Shown piece by piece: positions 11,468-23,620 of a stretch of DNA of 64,000 nucleotides. The notes below the pieces were generated by a model, which worked only from the letters and a program-made list of their open reading frames with translations, was not told where the DNA came from and did no database searches. The translations under genes and the position numbers were made by a program. Origin of the DNA: Eledone cirrhosa (Eukaryota); NCBI GenBank assembly GCA_964016885.1, contig OZ024747.1, positions 72,912,001 to 72,976,000 of the forward strand, read 5' to 3'. Position 1 is the stretch's first letter. Every line of letters begins with the position of its first letter.

Positions 11468-14400
11468 ATGGATGTGTTAAGAGTAGGATGTTTGAATGCA
11501 CGTGGCCTGGGCTCAACTTGGAAGCAAGCAAAGCTTCTAAATGACCTCAGGTCATGTAGTATAAATGTAATGGTTATCTGTGAGACTCGAATCAGCATCG
11601 TGCGGCAGCTGGTCCCCACCTCCGATGACTTTGAGGTGCATGCATCTCTCTGTCAACCTGGAGGTGGGGGTGGGGTTGTCGTACTGCTGCAAAAACACCT
11701 GGGTCTTGCCGTACAGGTTGTGCACTCGGAACCGGAGGGTCGTTTGTTGGTGCTAGACGTTGGCAGTAGTGAAAGTGCGGCCTTGAGACTGGTCGCCGTC
11801 TACTCCCCTTTCGGAGCTGAACGGCCCGACTTCTTCCAGCGTTTGGAGACTTTTCTGGGAACGTCGCGTTCCCTGCTTCTAGCGGGGGATTGGAATGACA
11901 TCCTAGATGCACGTTGGGACTATGCAGGAGCATGTCCTAATAGAGGGGGGTGTAACAGCCTCAAGGGGTTACTCGACCGTTTTAATTTGGTCGATAGACA
12001 TCGACTAGATTTTCCAACTGTGCCTACCTGGACTTGGAGAAACCACAGTGGTCAATCTAGATCGTACTTAGATAGATTCTTAGTTAGAAGTAAGGATAGG
12101 GACATATTAAGCTGTCCAGAAATGCGCACGGTTGGCTACACGGATCACAAATTAGTGACCTGCGTAGTCAATCTCGAGAAAACACATAAACAGGGTCCCG
12201 GTTACTGGAAACTTAATTTGTCTTTACCGGCAAAAGAGACTTACAGAAACCGGATTAGCAGATTAGTTAAGGAGAGGTTGACGGGTGCAATCGTCAACAA
12301 CCGATGGTGGGCATCTCTCAAAAGAGAGATTAGAACAGAATCAATAAGTTATAGCAAGATGTTAGCTGCCGATAGGAATAGAAACGAGAAAGAATTAACA
12401 GGTAAATTAGAAGAGGCAATCAAGAGCGAAGATGTGGCCAGAGTGCTGGCATCGAGGACGGCCTTGAACCAGTTTTTCGATGCAAAGCACGAAGGCTGCG
12501 TCATTCGAAGTAAAATACGTGCTCTAGGTAATGAGGGGGCCAAAGCCGTTGGCTGGGCCCGCGTGACAGAAGCTAAGAGTGGAAATCGATCCACCATCCG
12601 GTCGTTGCAAGACGAAGATGGACGGGTGATCCGGGAGCCTAAGCAGATGTGCGAGGCCTTTCAAAGGCACTTTGCCCGATTGTTCGGGGGAGGCGAGGGT
12701 CCAGGCGGGGGCGTGGATTTCGGCCCATACCTCGACGGCCTGCCGCGTCTCTCGAGCGAAGAGGCAGAGTCTTGCGAGGGACCAATCTCGGCTGATGAGA
12801 TCGGAGATGCGCTGAGCCAATGCAGCAGACGCAAATCTCCAGGTCTCGATGGTATACCTTACGAACTTTATTTAGCAATGCCGGTCTTCTTCTCCGAACT
12901 ACTCGAAGCGGTCTACTGCAATTGGCAGCAGAACGGGAGAATTCCTTGTTCTGTAGCCAAGGACGTAGTCACGCTGGTGAGGAAGGACGAGAACAAGGGA
13001 GATAGTATAAATAATTTTCGGCCCATAACCCTGCTAAACACAGAGTTAAAGATTTTAGCCAAGGTGTTAGCAAAGAGGTTGGCGCTTGTCGTGGGTAGCC
13101 TGGTGGGAGATGCGCAGACATGTGCTATCCCATCCAGGTCCATTCACGATAACCTCCACCTCATGCGATACATCATAGAGAGGGTTGGCAACAAACCCGG
13201 CTTCGGTGGGGCCCTGATCAACTTGGATCAGTCTAAGGCCTTCGATAGGGTCGACCATGGTTACCTGGATGCGGTGCTAGCGGCGGCTGGGTTCGGTCCT
13301 GTTTTCAGAGGCTGGATCACTGCCTTACATAGCAACCACATCTGTTCTAGGATCAAGGTGAACGGCTACCTTTCGAAGCCGTTCGAAATCACACGATCCA
13401 TTCGACAGGGGTGCCCTCTCTCCTCCCTTCTGTACGTATTGACTCTCGAGCCTTTACTGAGGAAGTTGGAGTTGTTGCAGGGTATCCCCCTGGAACCAGG
13501 ATTGAGCAAAGCGGTGTCGGCCTACGCCGATGACGTAACAGTAATGGTATCGACCGACTCGGAGATCGAGGCGATCGGTACCTTACTGGAGGATTACGGA
13601 AGGTTGTCAGGAGCGAAACTGAACCGGGAAAAATCCATCGGGCTGCAACTCGGAACGTGGAGAGGCAGACCGATGCCTCCCGACGGTGTCGTCGGACACT
13701 GGACGGAGGGCCCGGTAAAGTTGCTTGGGGTCTGGTTTGGACCGGACCTCCAGGTGGAAAAGAACTGGAACGAGGTTACGAACAAGGTGTTTGCACTAAC
13801 CCAGAAATGGGCCAAGTGTAAGCTGTCCCTAAAAGGCCGGGCGGAGGTGGCGAACATTTACATAGCGTCCGTCACTTACTACAGCCTGACTGTCGTGCCT
13901 TGCACTAAGGAAACACTCACCACCATGGAACGCATGCTCTTCCAATTTCTTTGGAAGAAGCGCCCTCCTATGGTGAGAAGATCCATCTGCTGCCAACAAC
14001 TTTCGAAAGGAGGGCTGGGGATGCCGTGGTTGATGATGCGTAGGCACGCATTAAGGCTACGGCACCTACAGGTATTCCTCACTGGTCAACCGGTGTGGGC
14101 TCCGTTCGTGAAACGAGCCTTTCCGAGACTTGTCTCGCTCACCGAGCTACAGTCCTGGGTCAAGCAAAGATCCGGAAAACTGGGAGACTGGCACACTGAG
14201 TGTGCTCAGGCGCTCAGGGCTCTCTGGAAAGCGGGCCAGGCCATCGGTGGAGAATCCACCTCATCATTCTATAGAGGGCTGGTGGCTAGCAGGGGCGATG
14301 ACGCCCTTGGAGAGTCGCTGGACATGGAAGAAGACGAACTGGCCAGCCTGTTTGGTAGGACTTTCGGCCCAGGACCAATGGACAACTTCCAGAAGTCACT

Positions 14401-14905
14401 GGCCTGGCAGTGCTACCGAGGGGCTCTACCCGTTCGAGAGAGGCTCTATAGACACGGGCGCCCAGGCAGGGATCCCTCAAAAAAGATTTGCCCTAGATGC
14501 GTGCGTCACGAAGAAACCGTTGTGCACGCATTGGTGCAATGTCCGGGCGTGGCTGATCTGTGGGGCTACGCCGAACGACTGCTGTCGCGGGTGGCGCCGA
14601 TTCAATTGACCGCCGAGTCCGTGATGACAATCAAACCGCCTCCCCTCTTCACAAAGGAAGCAAAAGCGGTTTTTCTGTGCGTAATAGCCATGTTGAAAGA
14701 GGTTGTTTGGTGGACACGATTGAAAGGTCTGAGGTCAGACAACTTCCTCTCTGGCCATAGTCTGGTCTACTTCTTACGATATCACTTCGGAAGAAGGATA
14801 AGAATGGAGAGAGAGGTGCTTGGCAACAGCCAGTTTTATGAAAGGTGGGTAATAGTGGCGAGAATGGCTCGTGTAAATGGGCCTTCTCTGTATACCATCC
14901 TGTAG
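11468..14905 (+). CDS. ORF2 of copy A: APE endonuclease, reverse transcriptase and C-terminal zinc knuckle; intact, 1145 aa
   Basis: LNARGL, GDWN, SYLDRF and TDHK (APE); GYWKLN; LDQSKAFDRV, QGCPLS and YADD (RT); KGGLG; CPRC..ETVVH..C. Confidence 0.96.
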   Translation: MDVLRVGCLNARGLGSTWKQAKLLNDLRSCSINVMVICETRISIVRQLVPTSDDFEVHASLCQPGGGGGVVVLLQKHLGLAVQVVHSEPEGRLLVLDVGSSESAALRLVAVYSPFGAERPDFFQRLETFLGTSRSLLLAGDWNDILDARWDYAGACPNRGGCNSLKGLLDRFNLVDRHRLDFPTVPTWTWRNHSGQSRSYLDRFLVRSKDRDILSCPEMRTVGYTDHKLVTCVVNLEKTHKQGPGYWKLNLSLPAKETYRNRISRLVKERLTGAIVNNRWWASLKREIRTESISYSKMLAADRNRNEKELTGKLEEAIKSEDVARVLASRTALNQFFDAKHEGCVIRSKIRALGNEGAKAVGWARVTEAKSGNRSTIRSLQDEDGRVIREPKQMCEAFQRHFARLFGGGEGPGGGVDFGPYLDGLPRLSSEEAESCEGPISADEIGDALSQCSRRKSPGLDGIPYELYLAMPVFFSELLEAVYCNWQQNGRIPCSVAKDVVTLVRKDENKGDSINNFRPITLLNTELKILAKVLAKRLALVVGSLVGDAQTCAIPSRSIHDNLHLMRYIIERVGNKPGFGGALINLDQSKAFDRVDHGYLDAVLAAAGFGPVFRGWITALHSNHICSRIKVNGYLSKPFEITRSIRQGCPLSSLLYVLTLEPLLRKLELLQGIPLEPGLSKAVSAYADDVTVMVSTDSEIEAIGTLLEDYGRLSGAKLNREKSIGLQLGTWRGRPMPPDGVVGHWTEGPVKLLGVWFGPDLQVEKNWNEVTNKVFALTQKWAKCKLSLKGRAEVANIYIASVTYYSLTVVPCTKETLTTMERMLFQFLWKKRPPMVRRSICCQQLSKGGLGMPWLMMRRHALRLRHLQVFLTGQPVWAPFVKRAFPRLVSLTELQSWVKQRSGKLGDWHTECAQALRALWKAGQAIGGESTSSFYRGLVASRGDDALGESLDMEEDELASLFGRTFGPGPMDNFQKSLAWQCYRGALPVRERLYRHGRPGRDPSKKICPRCVRHEETVVHALVQCPGVADLWGYAERLLSRVAPIQLTAESVMTIKPPPLFTKEAKAVFLCVIAMLKEVVWWTRLKGLRSDNFLSGHSLVYFLRYHFGRRIRMEREVLGNSQFYERWVIVARMARVNGPSLYTIL

Positions 14906-15119
14906 GTAAGGAAGTGAAGGAGAGGGGAGCACCTTCTCCATGTGCTCCCCGGGCAAAGGATTGCACACTTTTTCGGAAGTGTGTGCAACCCCCATCATGT
15001 CCCCTCCCCTTTGAGGTTATTTTCGATTATTTTCATGTTACACCCTTTTTACTCGATTGTATGTAAACTTCCCCTTTGTATTTGTCCCTTCTTTTTATGC
15101 CTTTATGGTAAATAAAGAA

Positions 15120-15120
<1 letters not shown>

Positions 15121-15204
<84 letters not shown>

Positions 15205-15238
15205 CCTACCTACCTATCTATCTATCTATCTCTCTATC
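15121..15238. repeat. (TCTA)n microsatellite between LINE copies A and B
   Basis: TCTA tract with a few CCTA variants. Confidence 0.99.
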
Positions 15239-15455
15239 AGACGTGTATAACTTCGCGGAGAAGTTTCCGTTAATTTATGTAAGAAAAAAACGTGAGTTTT
15301 TAGTTAAATTTTATATCATTGTGTAACTTGACCCCCCGTCTGGACCTTCAGGTGGTGGGTCAACTCATTTTCGCCCCTACAGGGGCGGAATATCCATTTA
15401 AAAATTTTTCTCCATCGAATCTTGGAAAAAAATATTGTAAAATTTTGATCACGTT

Positions 15456-17375
15456 ATGAACGCTGCGTCCAACGATAATGGTGGTGGAGAGGCGGTAAGA
15501 CTACAAAGCTCGCAGTCAACAACGTCTTCTTCACTAGATACTATAGAGATGGAAAGACAAAATGAAAATAAAAAAACGAATTCATATCCAAACAACACAA
15601 ATGACACCAAACAGTTCAATGACAACAAAAATAACAGCAAAATCAATAATGATGATAAAAGCAACAATGATAACAACAACAAAGAAAAAAATAAAGACAA
15701 CGCCAATAACACCAGCATCAAAGACAACAACAACACCAAGGAAAATACGGATGATACCAACATCGGTGACAACAAGAATAACAACAAGAATAACAACAAT
15801 AATGACAACACCACCAATACGGATTCCACAAAGAAACCAAAACTCTCCTTTGCGGAGAAAGTTCAAAAGAAAGAAGAATTGATATATCTCGACATAACAA
15901 ATGCTGAACAACTTTTAAAGGACGCTAAGAGATATGTCACTTTCGAAAAAAAATGGTGCTTTCAGCATCAATTCTCCGGTAGAAATTCGCAAGGAAACTG
16001 CTCTCAAAACGATAGTTTTTAGGACAGTTTCCAATTCTACCCGAAAACCAGTCCAATTGTCACAGAAAGAAATTGAACTGGTTTTCAAAAATTAAATGAA
16101 TGATATTGCATTCATTCAAAGAAGCAAACTTTTTGGGAGTATTTCGGTACTCATGAAGGATCAATTGACGGCCCAAAATTACTCTGTGTCGCCAATTGTA
16201 TCCAACCTGTACACCTTTTTCCCTACATACATGGGAAAAAGGACACAAAAGATCAGAATCACGAGTGTCACACCAAAGGTGAACATATGGTGGATACTGT
16301 GCGGTTTCATCAATTTTGATGAAGACAGAATACTGTCAGTAGGAAAGTCCCCCAGAGATGTATTCAATGGGACTAGCATTGAAGTTCTGGTGCAAATGAG
16401 CCCAGAGCGAATAGCTATGATCCCACAGCGTGTACTCCTGGACGGACTCACCTACATAAACTTTTCGGTTGAGGGTAGGCGGCCTTCATGTTACCATTGC
16501 TTTAGCAGGGGTCACCTGAGGGCTTCCTGTCCTAAACTAATGAACCAAAAAAAGGCTCTTCTGCCGACACCCATCAAAACAACACAACCACCAACACCAC
16601 CACAACAACAACAACAACACCAACACACAAAAATAACCACAACAAACACAGTCCCACCCAACCCCACTCCACCTAAAACCACTGCAAAATCACATACAGA
16701 CACAACAGCTCCCCAAGACATACCCTCCCCAATCACACAGACGATACAACAGATGAGGCTATCTCGCCATCACCCAGTGAAGACGAGGGAGAACCCCATC
16801 GCTCGAAAAGAAAGAAAAGACATCACAAAAGCAAAAAACCAGCAAACACTACCACAAACATACAACCACCAACACAAACAACAAAAATATCACAAACAAA
16901 ACCCCCACCTCCTGAAAACAAAATACCTACAACAAAACGAAAGCACACACAAGAACTACAGACAAAAACAAACACAACACAAGAAAATTACACTTACACT
17001 TACATAAACACTGAAAACAAAACACTAATGGAGACCATCACGAACGATCCTTCGGTTTTCACCGAAGGGAAAACTTTCGCCCACTCTATTAAAAATAGCA
17101 AAAAACTGAACCTAAAACTGATTAGGGTCCCTATACAAACTTATAGGTCCCTAAAAGAAACATTTGAGAAGGATGTGGGGAATTCCTGCGTGAAACCACT
17201 CAACCGCGTCCTTCTCAAATGCCTCCCCACCCCAGACACCCCCATCCCACCAGACCCCACCCCACCAAACATCTGCGTCCCCACCCCGCCGGAAACCACC
17301 ACCCATCCAGACAACCCCTCCAACACCCCCATGGAAATCGTGCGGCCTGGTCCCCAGGAGGCGAAGGGTGAGTGA
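15456..17375 (+). pseudogene. ORF1 of copy B, split by frameshifts
   Basis: Pieces 15456-16022, 16096-17007 and 17028-17375 match copy A ORF1 (GGGEAVR, YMGKRTQ, VEGRRPSCYHCFSRGHLRASC, KPLNRVLLK). Confidence 0.88.
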
Positions 17376-17408
17376 TCTCTTTTCCTCTTTTAACTTTTCA
17401 GCACCAAC

Positions 17409-20400
17409 ATGGCCAATATAAGAGTTGGATGTGTGAACATACGCGGCCTGGGGATGCCCTGGAAACAGGGCAAACTCTTAAACGACCTCAGGTCGCACAG
17501 TATGGATGTGGTAGCCATTTGCGAGTTCAGGATCCACGGCGAGCGACAGCTGGCCCCCATCTTCGATGACTTTGAGATCTACGCATCTCTCTGTCAACCG
17601 GGGGGTGTGGGCGGAGTTGCCGTTTTGCTGCGGAAACACCTGGGCCTCGTAACACAGACAGTACATCTGGACCCGGAGGGTCGACTGGTGGTCCTAGACG
17701 TTGACGGTAGTGAAGGTGGAGCCTTCAGGCTGGTGGCCGCATATGCCCCATCCGGGACACCGCGGCCAGACTTCTTCAAACGTCTAGAGACTTTTCTGGG
17801 AACGTCCCGCTCCTTGCTTTTAGTGGGGGACTGGAATGGAATCCTAGATGCACGTTGGGACTATGTGGGAGCATGTCCCGATAAAGGGGGGCGTAACAGC
17901 CTCAAACAGTTAATCGACCGATTTGACCTGGCCGATAGATATCGACTAGATTTTCCGACTGCGCCACTGTGGACGTGGAGTAATCGTAGCGGAACATCTA
18001 GACCGTACCTAGATAGGGTTCTAGTTAGAAATAAGGATAGGGACATGTTAAGCTGTCCACAAATGTTCATGGTTGCCTATTCAGATCACAAACTAGTGAC
18101 CTGCATGGCCAACCTTGATAGAACCCATAGACAAGGACCCGGCTACTGGAAGCTGAACTTGTCGTTACCGACAAGCAAAGCCTACAGTAGACGGATTAGC
18201 ACTTTAGTTAAACAGCACTTGACAGGGGCCATTGTCAACAACAGATGGTGGTACACTCTCAAGAGGGCAGTTAGATTAGACTCGATAGTTTTTAGTAAAG
18301 AATTAGCGTTAGATAGAAATAGAACCGAGAAGGAACTGGTAGATAAAGTAGAAGAGGCAATTAGAAGTGGCAACGTAGCCAGCGTGCTAGCAACGAGAAC
18401 GGCCTTGGACCAGTTCTTCGACGCAAAGCACGAGGGCTGCGTTGTCAGAAGCAAAATACGTGCTCTGGGAAACGAGGGAGCCAAAGCTGTTAGCTGGGCC
18501 CGAGTGACGGAGGCAAAAAGTGGCAACAAGTCCACGATTCGGTCTTTGAAGGACCAAAACGGACGCGTGATACGTGAGCCGAAGCAGATGTGTGCGGCTT
18601 TTCAGCGGCACTTTGCTCGGCTGTTCCGGGGGAGCGGCGCGCCGGGAGAGGCTATGGATTTCGGTCCATACCTCGACGGCCTACCGCGACTCTCGGACAG
18701 CGAGGCAAAGTTCTGCGAAAATCCGATTTCAGCCACTGAGATAGGGGATGCGCTGAGCCAATGCGGCAAACTCAAATCTCCAGGTCTCGACGGTCTACCC
18801 TACGAATTTTACGTAGCAATGCCGGACTTATTCTCCGGTCTCCTGGAAGCGGTCTACTGCAACTGGCAACAGAACAGGAGAATTCCCAGTTCTGTAACCG
18901 GGGGCGTGGTCACACTAATCAGGAAGGACGAGAATAAGGGGGATGACATAGGAAACTTCCGGCCCATAACTCTGCTAAACACAGAGTTACAGATTTTGGC
19001 CAAGGTGTTGGCAAAGAGGCTGGCGCTTGTCGAGAACCTGGTGGGAGAAGCGCAGACATGCGCAATCCCGACCAGGTCTATACACGACAACCTCCACCTC
19101 ATGCGATACATCATAGAGAGGGTAGGGTGTAAACCCGGCTTCGGTGGGGCCCTGATCAACTTGGATCAGTCTAAGGCTTTCGATAGGGTTGACCATCGTT
19201 ACCTGGATGCGGTGCTCGAGGCGGCAGGCTTCGGACCCGTGTTCAGGGGCTGGATTGCTGCAATGCACAACAGCAACATTGCTCAAGGGTCAAGGTGAAC
19301 GGCTACCTCTCGGAGCCGTTCCATATTACGCGATCCATTCGACAGGGATGCCCTCTCTCCTCCCTTCTGTACGTACTGACTCTCGAGCCACTACTGCGGA
19401 AGCTGGAGCTATTGCAGGGCATCCCTCTGGAACCGGGACTGCGGAAAGCGGCGTCGGCCTACGCCGACGACGTGACAGTAATGGTGTCGAGCGCCTCGCA
19501 AATCGAGGAAGTCGGCACCTTACTGAAGGAATACGAAAGTGTCACAGGAGCGAAGCTGAACCGGGACAAGTCCATCGGTTTGCAACTCGGATCGTGGAGA
19601 GGCAGACCGATGCCTTCCGATGGCGTCGTCGGACGCTGGACGGAAGGACCGGTAAAGCTGCTCGGGGTCTGGTTTGGTCCGGACCTCCAGGTGGAGAAGA
19701 ACTGGAACGAAGTGACGGCCAAGGTGTTTGCACTCACCCAGAAGTGGGCCGAGTGCAAACTATCCTTGAAAGGTCGAGCGGAGGTGGCGAACACTTTTAT
19801 AGCGTCCGCCATCTACTACCGCTTGACCGTCGTGCCTTGTCCAGCCAAAACGCTCGCCAAAATGGAGCGCGCGCTCTTCCGATTCCTTTGGAAGAGGCGG
19901 GCTCCTTTGGTGAGAAGATCCATCTGCTGCCAACACCCTTCTAACGGAGGGCTGGGGATGCCGTGGTTGACGATGCGCAAACACGCGCTCAGGCTGCGGC
20001 ATCTCTACGTATTCCTCAGCGGACAACCGGTGTGGGCCCCGTTCGTGAGGCGAGCCTTCCCACGAGTCGTCTCGCTGACGGAGCTGCAGTCCTGGGTCAA
20101 GCAAAGACCGAGGAAAATGGGCGACTGGCACATCGAATGTGCTCAGGCGCTCACAGCCCTCTGGCAGGTGGACCCGGCGATCAGTGGAGACTCCACTTCG
20201 TCATTCTATAGAGGGTTGGTCCGCAGCAAGTGCGACGACGCGCTCGGTGAAACTCTAGGCGTAGAGGAAGATGAACTGGCTAGTCTGTTCGGTAGGACCT
20301 TCCGCCCGGGACCGATGGACAACTTCCAAAAGTCCCTGGCCTGGCAGTGCTACCGAGGAGCTCTACCAGTTCGAGACAAGCTCTACAGACATGGGCGCCC

Positions 20401-20842
20401 GGGCAGGGACCCTGCAAAAAAGATCTGTCCGAGGTGCGTGCGAGACGAAGAAACCGTCGCGCACGCATTCATACACTGCCCGGGCGTCACTGACCTGTGG
20501 GGCTATGTAGAACGACTATTGTCGCGGGTGGGACCAATCCAGTTGACCACCGAGTCCATTGTCATGATCAAACCACCACCCTCCTTCAAAAACGAAGGAG
20601 AGGCGGTTTTCCTTTGTGTGATAGCTATGGCGAAAGAGGTTGTATGGTGGACAAGGTTGAAAGGGCTGAGGTCAGACACCTTTCTCTCCGGCCAACAACT
20701 GATTCTTTTTTTCAAATACCACTTTGGAAGAAGAATCAGGATGGAGAGAGAGGTGCTGTACCCCAGCAAGTTTTATGAAAGGTGGGTGAAAGTGGCGAGA
20801 ATGGCCCGAGTGAGTGGGCCTTCTCTCTATATCAGCCTGTAG
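17409..20842 (+). pseudogene. ORF2 of copy B (APE-RT) with one frameshift near 19280
   Basis: ORFs 17409-19298 and 19295-20842 together align over the full length of copy A ORF2. Confidence 0.93.
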
Positions 20843-21117
20843 GTTGAGGAAAAGGAGAAGGAAAGGAAAGGAGTACAAACTCTTCGTACTCCTGGAGATG
20901 AGGGTTGCACATTTTTTTTCGGGGGTATGTGTTACCCATATAAACTGTCTCCCTCTATTGGGGAAAATCGACTAACTTTTAAATTCCATCTGTGATAACA
21001 TTTTACACGTTTTTATTGTATGTAAACTTCCCCCTTTGTATTTGTCCCCTTCTTTTGTGCCCCTGTGGCTAATAAAGAAATATATCTATCTCTTTCTCTC
21101 ACTCTCTCTCTCTCTCC

Positions 21118-21167
<50 letters not shown>

Positions 21168-22042
21168 GTGTGTGTGTGTGTACGTGTATGTGTGTGTCTA
21201 TATGTGTGGTATTGTGTGCATGTGTATGTAGCAGTGTGTGTATGCTTATGTATGTATGTGTGTATATGTGCATATGTATGTATGTGTGATGTATGTATAT
21301 GTGTTTATGTATGTATGTGTGTATGTGTGTGTGTGTATATGTGCATATAAGTGTATGTATGTGGCAGTGAGAGTGGGTGGTATATAGTATATGACATCTT
21401 TCATACCGGTCTTATGCTACACCTTTCACCATTTTTCTATAGAAATATTCATTACCTTTACCTTCTATTTATTTAGACCTATATTTTTATTGCCATTGTT
21501 ATTATTACAATTCAGATATTAATGTCAAACAGCATCTACTACAGCCTTGACCTGGCCACACCTGACTGTTCAATCTTTCTCCTCACTACAGCTGACAGCT
21601 GGGAACGTATTAAACCCATGGCTTTCAGGTATTCTGTGGCCCCTCCCTCTATTTTGGTACTTCATTCTTTTACCCCACTACAGCAAAAATAAAAACAAAA
21701 CAAAAAACATTATAACACCACTTTACAGTATATATTTTAATGTGACAACATTGGGAATAAGTCATTGATATTTTTTGGAACACTGTATTTCGCTCAGTTG
21801 TTGGAAAAACATAGAGGAAAGGTTGGTTACTGTTAACATAGACCATAGATCTGCTTGATCAAGGCTGACCTGGATCTAAACTATATCAGTAGCATCCATA
21901 CCAACAACAACCCAAGGATAGACATGGTCACTAGGCCTGCTGGAAATAGCAGCTAAATCTCCATCAAATCATATTCTGCGTCTTAGCTATAGTAAAAAAA
22001 CCTAGATTGTCACAACGAAACATCTCTCGTTATATGTCTTCT

Positions 22043-22155
22043 TGAGTTCAAATCTCGCCGAGGTTAAACTTTGCCTTTCATCCTTACGGATAAAATAAAG
22101 TACCAGTAATACACTGGGATAATTGCTGGCCTTGTGCCAAAAGTAGAAACAGTTA
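22043..22155 (+). mobile_element. SINE family 1, 5'-truncated, with a 17-bp flanking direct repeat
   Basis: GTTATATGTCTTCTTGA at 22029-22045 and 22152-22168. Confidence 0.88.
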
Positions 22156-23329
22156 TATGTCTTCTTGATCAGGGAACCTAGAGCTAAACATTAAGAACAA
22201 CACCACCAACAAACTATCAATGAAAGAAGGTCTACTTGATCGTTCGGCTCACTAGAAATAGCCGCGGGTTGCGGCTGAGCCACCACTCTGACTGGGGTGT
22301 AATTTCTGTCCCTCCCCTCTCCACTTTTTTCGTTGATTGATCCTTTTTTCTTTTCCTTTTCATTTCCCTTTTTTCTTCCCTTTTTTTGTCCCCTTTAAAT
22401 ATTTTGTTATAGATTAAGGACCAGGAGACTTGCATGAAGGTGCAGGGATTTCTTCATTGAAGATCTTCTCCTTGTCCAGCTCTCCTGAAAGTTTCTGGCC
22501 ATAAAAAAATATAAACGTGTGGTGTTAATTCATTACTAAGGTAGATTGCTCTAGAGAAGTAATTAATATGAAATAATTTATAACGAGCGAAAAGGAAGTT
22601 AAGTAGCCACTTGATCCAGAATTCAATCAACATGAATCCGTGACATTTAACAAATATATAGTGGTAACTGTTAACCACTGGAGGTAAAATTTCAACTGTC
22701 AATTAGTGACATAACACTTCTAGATAAATAAGAACTAATTATCTCATGATAATTATACGATTATTACCATATTAGGATTATATTACCATATTAGGTTACA
22801 GCCATTAGCAACACACTTTGGTTTTAAATATAACTACAGTCTACTATCCCCCCTCGCCACATTTGTTTCTTCATAACTTTCTTAATACATATTTTTTCCC
22901 AGACACGCTTTCGAAGGGGTAGATTACTATAACTTGAGGAAGGTTACCGTCCTTAGGAATAGCACCAAATAAATCGGCCCTTCCATTGATTACTTATATT
23001 TCCCCCCTGAGAATCTCGAGGGCATCACTCATTTTTGCTGGACTGGCAACCACTCTGTTTAATCTGCTCTTAAACATTACCGGAATTCTATAAGAGTCCA
23101 GCTGCTATAGTTCTCGGCGGAAGCGAAGGGGTGAGTAGTCTTGATAACCACTAACGAGCGAGAAACAGGACTGTCGATTACTACCCTTTGGTTTTCCGAG
23201 AATAAGTAAGTGACATCGTCACTTACTTTAAAATTCATAGCGAATGGTCTTCAAAATGTTTTAAATTAAACATACAATATATTATCAAATATACTATACA
23301 TACATCCATCGCTATTTCAGAGCACCAAT

Positions 23330-23362
<33 letters not shown>

Positions 23363-23367
<5 letters not shown>

Positions 23368-23416
23368 GTTATACTGAAAAATTCGTTATAACAGTATTCG
23401 TTATAACGGAATTTTA

Positions 23417-23465
<49 letters not shown>

Positions 23466-23620
23466 GTAAAATTCCGTTATAACGAATACTGTTATAACGA
23501 ATTTTTTTTCAATCCCCGGCCACACGCTCGATGTGTAAGTCGATCTCGTTATAAAGAATTTTTCATTACAATGAATTTGTTTATACCCCATGAATTTCGT
23601 TATAACGGAATTTCCCTATA
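23363..23620. mobile_element. Tc1/mariner-pogo-type MITE (23461-23620) plus the right end of a second copy (23363-23421), in (TA)n
   Basis: TIRs TACAGGTAAAATTCCGTTATAACGAA and TTCGTTATAACGGAATTTCCCTATA flanked by TA. Confidence 0.75.

Larger units (their letters stand above)
9314..15120 (+). mobile_element. Full-length Tx1-clade non-LTR retrotransposon (copy A)
   Basis: 5' UTR, ORF1 with a CCHC knuckle, ORF2 with APE-RT-zinc knuckle, and a 3' UTR ending AATAAAGAAA then (TCTA)n. Confidence 0.95.
15239..21080 (+). mobile_element. Full-length Tx1-clade non-LTR retrotransposon (copy B), frameshifted
   Basis: Same architecture as copy A but clearly diverged; ends AATAAAGAAA followed by TATATCTATCTCT. 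Confidence 0.95.

Noticed and set aside
17368-17401. 34-nt mini-intron fusing ORF1 to ORF2 in copy B
   Set aside because: The splice would be out of frame with ORF2, the intron is very short, and copies A and D lack the AG.
19280-19298. Programmed frameshifting in ORF2
   Set aside because: Frameshift positions differ between copies B and D and copy A is intact, so these are decay or sequencing indels.
10199-20878. Many antisense and alternative-frame ORFs inside the LINEs
   Set aside because: They are shadows of GC-rich or low-complexity coding sequence with no recognisable domains.
22390-22510. Possible host exon on the minus strand
   Set aside because: Short, no recognisable homology, and no partner exons.
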